This document shows positions 1-8,236 of a stretch of DNA of 44,135 nucleotides, one piece after another. The stretch lies in the IMG/VR virus record IMGVR_UViG_3300045988_124156; one strand, 5' to 3'. Under the pieces are notes generated by a model, which did not search any database, had not been told where the DNA came from, and worked only from the letters and a program-made list of their open reading frames with translations. The stretch's first letter is position 1. Every line of letters begins with the position of its first letter. Made by a program: the position numbers and the translations under genes. The DNA is from a virus.

Positions 1-55
1 CATTAACATCTTGAATAAAGCCACAGCAAATATTAAAAGTCTAGCCAGTGATCTT
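1..55. repeat. terminal direct repeat, identical to 44081..44135 (circular-closure overlap)
   Basis: cattaacatcttgaataaagccacagcaaatattaaaagtctagccagtgatctt is present at both window ends and lies inside the terS reading frame. Confidence 0.95.
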
Positions 56-142
56 GGTCTTAATGTCAACAGCCGGATGCAGATGAGCATGCCTAAGACC
101 GAAGCACAGAAGAACGATTCAATCATTGATACTTTTGGCTAG
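2..142 (+). CDS. terS: terminase small subunit, C-terminal part (continues 43767..44135 across the circular junction)
   Basis: The frame carried over from 43767 continues ...INILNKATANIKSLASDLGLNVNSRMQMSMPKTEAQKNDSIIDTFG and stops at TAG 140..142. Confidence 0.8.
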   Translation: MNILNKATANIKSLASDLGLNVNSRMQMSMPKTEAQKNDSIIDTFG

Positions 143-163
143 ACGTGATGGAGATGATGTTAG

Positions 164-1876
164 TTGGCAAAATTTAAAGATCCAATGCCTAATTTCGTAA
201 AGCGTGTGCTGGACGGTCGTCTTATTACCTCTAAGGCAGTTAATCTTGCGGTGAAACGGCATCAGGAAGACTTGAAACGAATAGATTGGCGATGGCATTA
301 TGATCCAAATCTAGCGGGAAAGGCAGTTAAATTTATGGAAATTCTGCCGGAACCAAAAAGTGGCAAACCACAACCATTAGCACCATTTCAGAAATTCATT
401 ATTGGCAGTATATATGGCTGGGTTGATAAAGATGATTCAAATATAAGGCGATTTACCGATGTGTTCATTTCGATGGCACGAAAAAACGGTAAGTCGCTTT
501 TGATTTCTGGCGTCATTCTTTATGAGTTTCTGTTCGGAAAGAATCCAGCCAACAAACGGCAATTATATACCGCTGCTAATGATCGCAAGCAGGCCGGAAT
601 TGTATTCGGAATGGTCAAAGACCGATTACGTGCGCTCATGCGGAAAGACCCAGGCATCAAACGAATGGTTAAAATCACGCGAGACGAACTTGTCAATCTT
701 GATGACGGTTCAACAATACGCCCGTTCTCACGCGATGCAGGTCTAGTTGATGGTTATGAACCTCACGTTGCTGTGGTTGATGAATACGCTAATGCAAAGA
801 CGACAGATATGATCGAAACACTGGCATCTGGGCAAGTTTTGCTACCGAGTTACCTAACATTCATCATCTCAACCGCTGGCTTTGACATGAATGTTCCTAT
901 GTTTATGCAAAATTATCCGTATGCAAAGAAAGTGCTGTCTGGCGAAGAGAAGGCAGACAGGTACTTTGCATTCATCGCTGAACAAGACAACGTACAAGAG
1001 GTTGATGACCCCAATTCTTGGATCAAATCGAATCCGCTACTTGACGTTGATACCTTAAACGGCCAAATCAGTGATTATCTGACGAATAAGTTAGCTCAAG
1101 CTCGTGCTGATGGCAGTCTAAACGCTAAATTAGTCAAAAACTTCAATATTTGGCGACAAGCTACAGAAGACAGTTATCTAGATTTCGATGCTTGGAAAGC
1201 GGCAGAGCTGACCGACAAGCCCGATATTCGCGGGCAAAGAGCATGGATTGGCATTGATGTCGGTCGTACAAGCGATCTATTCGCTATTTCTTGGCTAATT
1301 CCCCAGGAGGGATGGTGGTGGCTTGATGGTTATGCATTTGTTGCTTCAAAAGGTGGCATCGATAACAAAATCAAGACAGATCGGATTGACTACTTGGCTG
1401 CTGAACAACACGGCGAAGGCGAGATCAGCAGCTTAGAGTCAGGTATCATTGACAACGATCGGGTATATGAATGGCTCGAAGACTTCATTGAACGTAATGA
1501 CTTAGATGTTCAAGGTATCATGTACGACCCTTATCAATTTGGACCAATGCTAACGGCAATTGAGAAGAATCATCCTGAGTGGCCGATGGTACAGGTGCGA
1601 CAAGGAACGCTGACACTGTCAATGCCAACTAAGCAGTTCCGCGATGATGTTATCAGTGGTCGTATAAAGCATTCAGATAATCGCATTATGCAGGCCGCCG
1701 CAATGAACGCGGTTCTAATGTCTGACAACAACGGCGTCCGTATTAATAAGAATAAGTATGCTAACAAAATAGACATGATTGATGCCACGCTTGATGCTTA
1801 TGCCATCGCTTTCAAGGAAGATTTGGACAATTATTTGGACGACGATCGTGTGTTTAGTGACGACTTTGGCTTTTAG
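164..1876 (+). CDS. terL: terminase large subunit
   Basis: 570-aa ORF with a Terminase_1-like Walker box (ARKNGKS). TTG start lies 10 nt after GGAG, and an in-frame TAG at 161 excludes an earlier start. Sits directly after terS. Confidence 0.9.
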   Translation: MAKFKDPMPNFVKRVLDGRLITSKAVNLAVKRHQEDLKRIDWRWHYDPNLAGKAVKFMEILPEPKSGKPQPLAPFQKFIIGSIYGWVDKDDSNIRRFTDVFISMARKNGKSLLISGVILYEFLFGKNPANKRQLYTAANDRKQAGIVFGMVKDRLRALMRKDPGIKRMVKITRDELVNLDDGSTIRPFSRDAGLVDGYEPHVAVVDEYANAKTTDMIETLASGQVLLPSYLTFIISTAGFDMNVPMFMQNYPYAKKVLSGEEKADRYFAFIAEQDNVQEVDDPNSWIKSNPLLDVDTLNGQISDYLTNKLAQARADGSLNAKLVKNFNIWRQATEDSYLDFDAWKAAELTDKPDIRGQRAWIGIDVGRTSDLFAISWLIPQEGWWWLDGYAFVASKGGIDNKIKTDRIDYLAAEQHGEGEISSLESGIIDNDRVYEWLEDFIERNDLDVQGIMYDPYQFGPMLTAIEKNHPEWPMVQVRQGTLTLSMPTKQFRDDVISGRIKHSDNRIMQAAAMNAVLMSDNNGVRINKNKYANKIDMIDATLDAYAIAFKEDLDNYLDDDRVFSDDFGF

Positions 1877-1887
1877 GAGGTGAGAAC

Positions 1888-2079
1888 GTGAATGGAAAAC
1901 TAGCTAACTTTTTCAGAATTCTCGGCACAAATATGGCTGGAATTGCCACTGTTTTAGGCTTCATTTTAGCTGGATATGGGGCTTTTTTGATCAATAGGCC
2001 TACTGGATTCATGGTTTGCGGCGGCTTGTTGTTTGTTCTCGCCTTTATTCTGCTGCTTCCTGATAACGAAGGGAGGTGA
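1888..2079 (+). CDS. small membrane protein (2 predicted TM helices)
   Basis: 63-aa ORF, GTG start preceded by AGGAGGTG, hydrophobic sequence, lies between terL and portal. Confidence 0.5.
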   Translation: MNGKLANFFRILGTNMAGIATVLGFILAGYGAFLINRPTGFMVCGGLLFVLAFILLLPDNEGR

Positions 2080-2084
2080 GATGA

Positions 2085-3338
2085 ATGAAGCTATTCCGAG
2101 GATTGGCAACCGAAGTGGACCCTAACTGGGCAGATCATTTGCTTGATTCTGGGGTAATCCCATCATTTCGAGGTGGATACCTTGGCATTTCTGCCTTACG
2201 GAATTCTGACGTGCTTACGGCTGTATCGATTGTTTCCGGTGATGTTAGTCGTTTTCCGCTAGTAATCACGGACAGCTCAACCGATGAGGTTGTTGACTTA
2301 TCCAATATTGAATACTTGATGAATACGAAGGTAAATAAGCGGCTGTCGGCTTATCAGTGGAAATTTTCCATGATGGTCAATGCAATTTTGACTGGCAATG
2401 CTTATTCGCGTATTGTGCGCGATCCGATAACCAACGAACCAGCTATGTTTGAGTTCTATGCCCCATCACAGACGCAGGTGGACACAAGCGACCCCGATAA
2501 CATCATCTACCGTTTCACGCCTTACAATTCTAGCATGCAAAAAATATGTGGATTTGAGGACGTCATTCACTGGAAGTTTTTCTCATACGACACAATCATG
2601 GGGCGCTCACCGCTGTTATCGCTTGGCGATGAAATTGGACTGCAGGAGTCAGGCGTTTCAACGTTACAGAAGTTCTTCAAGAGCGGCTTGAAAGGCTCAA
2701 TTATCAAAGCAAAGGAGAGTCGCCTGTCCGCCGAAGCACGCCAGAAGATTCGTGAAGATTTTGAAAGGGCACAGGCAGGTGCTGATGCTGGATCGCCAAT
2801 TATAGTTGACGCAACGATGGATTATCAGCCGTTGGAAGTTGATACCAACGTTCTTAATCTGATTAACAGCAATAACTATTCAACAGCGCAGATTGCGAAG
2901 GCTTTGCGGGTGCCAGCGTATCGATTAGCCCAAAATAGTCCTAACCAGTCTGTTAAACAGCTTGCTGATGACTATATTCGCAATGATCTTCCATTTTACT
3001 TTGAACCGATTACAAGTGAGTTTGAACTAAAGCTGCTTGATGACGCACAACGGCACCAATATTGCATAGGATTCGACACAAAATCAGTAAACGGATTGCC
3101 GATTGCTGACGTAAATACAGCAGTTAATGGCGGACTGTGGACTGGAAACGAGGGACGTGCGGAGCTTGGAAAGAAACCGTTAAAAGACCCGAACATGGAT
3201 CGTATTCAGTCGACACTTAACACAGTATTTCTTGATCAAAAGGCAGCATATCAAGCTGAACATGCAGCAGAATTGAAGGGAGGTGATACTAATGCCAAAG
3301 GAAATCAGAATGGCAGCGGCACCAATGCAAATTCGTGA
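2085..3338 (+). CDS. portal protein (HK97-type)
   Basis: 417-aa ORF in the canonical position after terL; length and sequence character fit the Phage_portal family. Confidence 0.85.
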   Translation: MKLFRGLATEVDPNWADHLLDSGVIPSFRGGYLGISALRNSDVLTAVSIVSGDVSRFPLVITDSSTDEVVDLSNIEYLMNTKVNKRLSAYQWKFSMMVNAILTGNAYSRIVRDPITNEPAMFEFYAPSQTQVDTSDPDNIIYRFTPYNSSMQKICGFEDVIHWKFFSYDTIMGRSPLLSLGDEIGLQESGVSTLQKFFKSGLKGSIIKAKESRLSAEARQKIREDFERAQAGADAGSPIIVDATMDYQPLEVDTNVLNLINSNNYSTAQIAKALRVPAYRLAQNSPNQSVKQLADDYIRNDLPFYFEPITSEFELKLLDDAQRHQYCIGFDTKSVNGLPIADVNTAVNGGLWTGNEGRAELGKKPLKDPNMDRIQSTLNTVFLDQKAAYQAEHAAELKGGDTNAKGNQNGSGTNANS

Positions 3339-3921
3339 TGGTGATGATGATCATCCGGCCGTTATTGAGGGATATGCCCTTAAGTTCGACAGACAATCCG
3401 AGATTATGGGCAGTGGTGAGCTGAGTTTCCGCGAACACATTGACCCACACGCACTGGACAATGCGGACATGAGTAACGTTGTAGCGCTATTTAACCATGA
3501 TCAGAGCCAAGTGTTAGGCCGCACGGGTGTCAATTTAGACCTGAAGGTCGATGAAACAGGGCTCAAATATACGTTGACACCTCCAGATACACAGCTTGGG
3601 CGTGATTTGTTAGAAAATGTTCGTCAGGGAATCATCAGCCAGTCAAGTTTTGCATTCACGATTGCACCAGACAAAGATGCACAGAAGTGGCAAAAATCTA
3701 ATGAACGTGGTGTGAAGTATGACCGCACTATTAACAATATTGATCATTTGTTTGATGTCTCTCCAGTAACCACACCAGCATATCCGGATACTGAGGTAAA
3801 GGTCGGAGCACGATCGTTGGAACAGATAAAAGCGCTAGATCAACCGCCAGAATGGGAACTTAAGCGGCGTAAGATGCTTTATCAATTGAATAAAGAGGAC
3901 TTGCTAAAAGGCATCGAATAG
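3292..3921 (+). CDS. prohead maturation protease (HK97 / S78-U35 type)
   Basis: ATG 3292 follows GAAGGGAGGTG by 7 nt. LFNHDQSQVLGRT-type motif. Lies between portal and capsid. The track start 3283 (GTG) overlaps the RBS. Confidence 0.85.
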   Translation: MPKEIRMAAAPMQIRDGDDDHPAVIEGYALKFDRQSEIMGSGELSFREHIDPHALDNADMSNVVALFNHDQSQVLGRTGVNLDLKVDETGLKYTLTPPDTQLGRDLLENVRQGIISQSSFAFTIAPDKDAQKWQKSNERGVKYDRTINNIDHLFDVSPVTTPAYPDTEVKVGARSLEQIKALDQPPEWELKRRKMLYQLNKEDLLKGIE

Positions 3922-3962
3922 TCGGTGCCTATTTTTATACAAAAAATAAGGAGGGTCACTAG

Positions 3963-5165
3963 ATGACTTTAGATGAAAAATTAGCTGCTGTTAAAAAGCA
4001 ACTTGATGAAAAGCGTTCAGCGTTGCCAGCTATGAAGACAGAACTTCGTTCTTTACTTGAAGGTGAAGATTCCGAGGAAAACCTGAAGAAGGCCGAAGGC
4101 GTTCGTGCCAAGTATGATAAAGCTGGCAAAGAGATCAAAGATCTTGAAGAAAAACGTGACTTATACGAGGCTGCGTTGAAAGGCAATGAACAGCCGAGTG
4201 GGAAGAAGCCCGATCATACGGAAGAGCATAGCTATCGCGATGCACTGAATGCTTATTTGCATACTCGTGGTCGTAATACTGATGGCGTCAATTTTGAAAA
4301 GACAGAAGCTGGTGAATTTGCCATTTTCCGTGGTAGTCCTACCGATGCCAGTGATGCTGAAAATGCAGGTGTTAAGTCAACAGATGCGGCCGCGACCATT
4401 CCGGAAACGATTGTCAACAACCCACAACGTGAATTGCAGACTGTTGTTGATCTGAAGCCTTTCACGAACGTATTCCAAGCCTCCACAAAAAAGGGTACTT
4501 ACCCAACAGTTGCAAATGCTACAACCAAGATGGCTACTGTTGCCGAGTTGGAAAAGAACCCAGCAATGGCAAAACCGAACTTCAAATCGATCGACTGGTC
4601 TGTTGAAACGTATCGTCAGGCTCTTCCAGTGTCACAGGAATCTATTGACGACTCCGCAATTGATTTGGTTGGTCTGATTGCCCAGAACGCACAACAAATT
4701 AAGGTCAATACGACCAACGGTGCTGTTGCAACTCTACTGAAAGGATTCACTGCCAAGACGATCTCGAGCGTTGATGATTTGAAGCATATTAATAACGTTG
4801 ATCTAGACCCTGCATATTCTCGTGTAATTATTGCTTCACAGAGTTTCTACAATTTCTTGGACACAGTTAAAGATGGCAATGGCCGCTACTTGCTACAAGA
4901 TAGCATCTTGACTCCGTCTGGCAAGAGCGTTCTTGGTATGCCGATTGTTGTTGTATCTGATGATACTTTGGGTGCAGCAGGCGAAGCACACGCCTTTTTG
5001 GGTGACATCAAGCGGGCAATTCTGTTTGCTAACCGCGCAGACTTCATGGTTCGCTGGATTGATGATCAGATTTACGGCCAATATTTACAAGCTGGCATGC
5101 GCTTTGGTGTAGCTGTTGCTGATCAAAAAGCTGGCTACTTCCTCACATACACCCCAAAAGTGTAA
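3963..5165 (+). CDS. major capsid protein, HK97 fold, short (0-frame) isoform
   Basis: 400-aa ORF with AAGGAGGG RBS, coiled-coil delta-domain-like N terminus, follows the protease. Confidence 0.9.
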   Translation: MTLDEKLAAVKKQLDEKRSALPAMKTELRSLLEGEDSEENLKKAEGVRAKYDKAGKEIKDLEEKRDLYEAALKGNEQPSGKKPDHTEEHSYRDALNAYLHTRGRNTDGVNFEKTEAGEFAIFRGSPTDASDAENAGVKSTDAAATIPETIVNNPQRELQTVVDLKPFTNVFQASTKKGTYPTVANATTKMATVAELEKNPAMAKPNFKSIDWSVETYRQALPVSQESIDDSAIDLVGLIAQNAQQIKVNTTNGAVATLLKGFTAKTISSVDDLKHINNVDLDPAYSRVIIASQSFYNFLDTVKDGNGRYLLQDSILTPSGKSVLGMPIVVVSDDTLGAAGEAHAFLGDIKRAILFANRADFMVRWIDDQIYGQYLQAGMRFGVAVADQKAGYFLTYTPKV

Positions 5166-5422
5166 CGCCTGACGGAGTGACTCTGAGCCAGAAAACGTTC
5201 ACGGGTGGTGTCGGTGCCACAAAAGATATCACGGTGACAGTCACTCCTGATGGCGCTCCTCAAGCAGTTAAAGCTGTGTCGAGCAATGAAAAAGTCGCTA
5301 CGGTTGTTAAGAAGTCCGATGGTGTCTACACTATTACCAATCTGACAGCGGGCACAGCGACAATCACATTTAGCACTAATGGCATCAGCTCAGCGCTTGC
5401 TGTTACTGTTAACGCCGGGTAG
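3963..5422 (+). CDS. major capsid protein long isoform by -1 frameshift, join(3963..5159,5159..5422), with C-terminal Ig-like (Big_2-type) domain
   Basis: The -1 frame reads PKSVTPDGVTLSQKTFTGGVGATKDITVTVTPDGAPQAVKAVSSNEKVATVVKKSDGVYTITNLTAGTATITFST.... The listed GTG start at 5177 has no RBS. Confidence 0.7.
5153..5159 (+). promoter_or_regulatory. -1 programmed frameshift slippery heptamer C CCA AAA at the capsid 3' end
   Basis: Perfect X XXY YYZ heptamer in the correct phase, two codons before the TAA. The -1 frame is open for 87 more codons. Confidence 0.75.
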
Positions 5423-5432
5423 GTGACTACTA

Positions 5433-5792
5433 TTGGAAGATACTAAGTTTGACAAAAGCCCACTGACTGATGAACAGTTTCAGGTTCTGAAAATGTACTT
5501 GAAAGTTGATCAGACAATCGAAGACCCAATGATTATGCAACTGGTGCATGACGCTTGTGGTGAAATCAGTTCGGCTATTAGCTTTGGATCAAATCCGGAA
5601 CAATTTCTAAGCAATCCAGAAACTCGGGATCGTTTTTTCACAGCGCTCATGAAGCAAGTGAAGGAAGACTATGACTACCGAGGTATGGGTGCTGAAGTCA
5701 TGCGCTTCCCGTTGCAAACATCAACCACAAATATCATCAATCAGCTTCGCTCAGAATTGCCTGAAGAGGATGGTGATTCTGATGCGAACTAA
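5433..5792 (+). CDS. head-tail connector / DNA-packaging adaptor protein
   Basis: 119-aa acidic ORF, TTG start 6 nt after AGGTGA, position directly after the capsid. Confidence 0.65.
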   Translation: MEDTKFDKSPLTDEQFQVLKMYLKVDQTIEDPMIMQLVHDACGEISSAISFGSNPEQFLSNPETRDRFFTALMKQVKEDYDYRGMGAEVMRFPLQTSTTNIINQLRSELPEEDGDSDAN

Positions 5793-6111
5793 TCGAATGA
5801 CTGAGAGAATTGCGTTCGTCAGCTATGAGTCAAAAAAGGTTAACGGAGTTCCGGTTGATGGTGTGCTCGTTAAGCATATGACGGTTTGGGCGGAAGTTCC
5901 TAAGGTACCAATCAGAGAAGCAAATGATCCACAGACGAAGTTGGGCACTCGCAAAGACAGCCCGACTTTTTTAGTGCGATTTTTGACCGCAGAGGAAATC
6001 CAACCAACTTGGCGAATTCAGTGGCGTGGGAAGGAATATCAAATCACGGGTCTTGATCCTGATTACGAGAGGCACGATCTGACAACGATTACGGCAAAGG
6101 TGGTGAGCTGA
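5782..6111 (+). CDS. head closure / head-tail joining protein
   Basis: ATG 5782 overlaps the preceding stop. About 109 aa; position and size typical of the Phage_H_T_join family. The track N terminus (5671) overlaps the upstream gene. Confidence 0.65.
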   Translation: MRTNRMTERIAFVSYESKKVNGVPVDGVLVKHMTVWAEVPKVPIREANDPQTKLGTRKDSPTFLVRFLTAEEIQPTWRIQWRGKEYQITGLDPDYERHDLTTITAKVVS

Positions 6112-6497
6112 TGGGCGTAAAAGTCACAGGGGATGCTGAACTGCTTGCTAATCTTAACAAGCTCCAATTTGGAGTTGCAAAAGAAGCTCGAGCGGCTGTC
6201 CGAGATGGCGCACAGAAGTTTGCCGACAAGCTAAAAAGCAAAACGCCTGAGTGGAATGGTGAAACTGATATGAAGGGACATCTGAAAGATGACATTCAGC
6301 TTTCAAGTGTCCGTGAAACGAGTGGTGTAACAGAAGTAGACGTTGGATATGGTAAAGATACTGGCTGGCGTGCTCACTTTCCAAACTCGGGCACTTCAAT
6401 GCAGGACCCACAACATTTCATTGAAGAAACCCAAGAAGTCATGCGGCCAGTTGTTATTGCTGCTTTCCTAAGCCACTTGAAGGAAGGCGGGATGTAA
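6111..6497 (+). CDS. HK97 gp10-like neck / tail component
   Basis: 128-aa ORF, ATGA start/stop overlap, N terminus MGVKVTGDAELLANLNKL typical of the gp10-like family. Confidence 0.65.
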   Translation: MGVKVTGDAELLANLNKLQFGVAKEARAAVRDGAQKFADKLKSKTPEWNGETDMKGHLKDDIQLSSVRETSGVTEVDVGYGKDTGWRAHFPNSGTSMQDPQHFIEETQEVMRPVVIAAFLSHLKEGGM

Positions 6498-6883
6498 TGG
6501 CACCTGAAAAACGTGTTTATGACATCCTGTCAGCCAATTTGGATATTGCTGACAAGGTGTATATAGGCACTCCAGACTTCAATAACCAGACTAGCGTAAC
6601 TCCTGAAAGTTTAGCTCCATGGGTGAGAATCACTTATTTGCCCGGTGATGCTGCTTATTATGCTGACGATTCTAGAATCCTAGAGTATCCGAAAGTACAA
6701 GTGGATTTTTGGGTGGACAAAACGGACTGGGATCAACAAGAAAAAATAGAAACACAGATATATCAAGCACTACATGCGGCTGGCTGGGAAAGGTATTATC
6801 GCAACTCCTATGTTGATGGTGATACTCCATCCCTTCGCATGACAACAGGATACTTTCAGTTTCAAGGACTGCCGATTGGCTAG
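6497..6883 (+). CDS. tail completion / tail terminator protein
   Basis: 128-aa ORF, TAATG overlap, position immediately before the major tail protein. Confidence 0.6.
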   Translation: MAPEKRVYDILSANLDIADKVYIGTPDFNNQTSVTPESLAPWVRITYLPGDAAYYADDSRILEYPKVQVDFWVDKTDWDQQEKIETQIYQALHAAGWERYYRNSYVDGDTPSLRMTTGYFQFQGLPIG

Positions 6884-6916
6884 TCCTTTTTAATTTCCTA
6901 AAGGAGGATTTTTAAT

Positions 6917-7537
6917 ATGGCAGAGACTGCTGTAACAACTAATAAGAAGTTAGCAAAATTTGGGGCTTCGGCCTTTGAATACGGGGTTGTCGGTGATGAC
7001 GACTTTGTACAAAAAACACGAAAGATTCAAGGCTTATCTAGTGTGAAATTGGATATTAAAACAGAGCAAAAGACGTTGTCCGCTGATGACGGCCCGTACT
7101 TGATTCTTTCTGGTGGCATCACAGAAGCAACCGAAACAATCGAAATGTACGATGTTGATTCCGTTATGAAGTCTGATTTATTTGGCATTAAGGTTGTTAA
7201 TGGGGTTGAAGTATATCCAAAGAATCTTAGCCCTAATTACGCCGCAACTTTGTTCCGCACGAAGCTTTCAAATGGCAAGTACGTTTGGGTTGGTATGCTC
7301 AAGGGAATGTTCTCACTTCCTGGGGTTGATACCAAGACTGTTGACGGCACACCAGATCCAAGTGCTGACAGCATCGAAGGCTCATTTATTCCTCGAGGTG
7401 ACCAAGATACCGGCAATGTTGTGTTGATTGGTCGTGAAGACAACGATGGATTCAATTTTGATACCTTCCACGGCTATGTATTCCCTAAGGAAGCTAAAGA
7501 TGCGACTATTGTCTCAACTACTGTCCCAAAAGTGTAA
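6917..7537 (+). CDS. major tail protein
   Basis: 206-aa ORF with AAGGAGG RBS, position before the chaperone/TMP genes, ends ...TVPKV like the capsid. Confidence 0.85.
   Translation: MAETAVTTNKKLAKFGASAFEYGVVGDDDFVQKTRKIQGLSSVKLDIKTEQKTLSADDGPYLILSGGITEATETIEMYDVDSVMKSDLFGIKVVNGVEVYPKNLSPNYAATLFRTKLSNGKYVWVGMLKGMFSLPGVDTKTVDGTPDPSADSIEGSFIPRGDQDTGNVVLIGREDNDGFNFDTFHGYVFPKEAKDATIVSTTVPKV
7525..7531 (+). promoter_or_regulatory. second CCCAAAA heptamer (in phase C CCA AAA) at the major tail 3' end
   Basis: The 13-mer CCCAAAAGTGTAA is identical to 5153..5165. Here the -1 frame stops after 3 extra codons (AGT GTA AGT TGA). Confidence 0.6.
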
Positions 7538-7630
7538 GTTGATCCGGATAATGCCGTGAATAAACAAGTTACTTTCAAAACGTCAGATCCCACAGTTGTC
7601 ACCGTTTCCAGAGATGAAACTGTGGCTTAG
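7538..7630 (+). pseudogene. truncated Ig-like (Big_2-type) domain remnant downstream of the tail-protein stop
   Basis: In frame with the tail gene behind its TAA: VDPDNAVNKQVTFKTSDPTVVTVSRDETVA then TAG. Resembles the first half of the capsid Ig extension. Confidence 0.5.
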
Positions 7631-7700
7631 TAATGAACTCGTCGCCTTGTAAATGCACAATACGCGAACAGCGGGCGGCTTATACCTAAGGAGATTAAGC

Positions 7701-8114
7701 ATGGCATATCAAATTAAACTAAATATCAAAGGCGAAACTTGCGTGTTCACACGAAATGGAGAGCCAACATTACGTGATACCACGAACGCCTTAAAAGTGC
7801 AGCAACAACAGCTGCGCATGCTAAACCGTAAAGATGGCCCTTCAAACGATGATTACGATGAGAACGAGAAAAACTTAGCCAAATTTGCGGTTGATTTCTG
7901 GAAAAACCAGTTTACTACCGATGATGTTATTGATGGCTCTTCGATTTCTTTGAAATCGCTGGATTCAATCAATGATGCCATTGGCGATTCTCTAAGCGAT
8001 GGCGAAGAGGATAAGAAGGACACAGCAAAAAAATCACCGAAGCGGACGTCAAAGAAGCCATTAGCAACCTTGACGACTTCTACAAAGCAAGGCTCTCTGA
8101 AGGCTACCGATTAG
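7701..8114 (+). CDS. tail assembly chaperone (gpG-like)
   Basis: ATG 7701 follows AAGGAG. 137 aa, acidic. Immediately upstream of the tape measure gene. Confidence 0.8.
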   Translation: MAYQIKLNIKGETCVFTRNGEPTLRDTTNALKVQQQQLRMLNRKDGPSNDDYDENEKNLAKFAVDFWKNQFTTDDVIDGSSISLKSLDSINDAIGDSLSDGEEDKKDTAKKSPKRTSKKPLATLTTSTKQGSLKATD

Positions 8115-8215
8115 CTGACGTTGATGCTATGACGCTCCGCGATATTGAAAAACTTAACCAGATCTACGAGGAACGGGAGACCACGATCGACAAGGCCTTT
8201 CCGTTCCTTTTCTAG
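7701..8215 (+). CDS. tail assembly chaperone frameshift product (gpGT-like), join(7701..8033,8033..8215)
   Basis: The -1 frame reads KKITEADVKEAISNLDDFYKARLSEGYRLADVDAMTLRDIEKLNQIYEERETTIDKAFPFLF and ends just before the TMP RBS. Confidence 0.7.
8027..8033 (+). promoter_or_regulatory. -1 frameshift slippery heptamer A AAA AAA in the chaperone gene
   Basis: A7 run in phase (GCA AAA AAA TCA). The -1 frame stays open for 60 codons to TAG 8213..8215. Confidence 0.75.
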
Positions 8216-8236
8216 TTCTATGAAAGGAGGTAAAAC

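Noticed and set aside
5177-5422. Independent 81-aa Ig-like gene starting at GTG 5177
   Set aside because: It has no Shine-Dalgarno sequence, and the frame is open back to the CCCAAAA heptamer of the capsid gene. It is best explained as the -1 frameshift extension.
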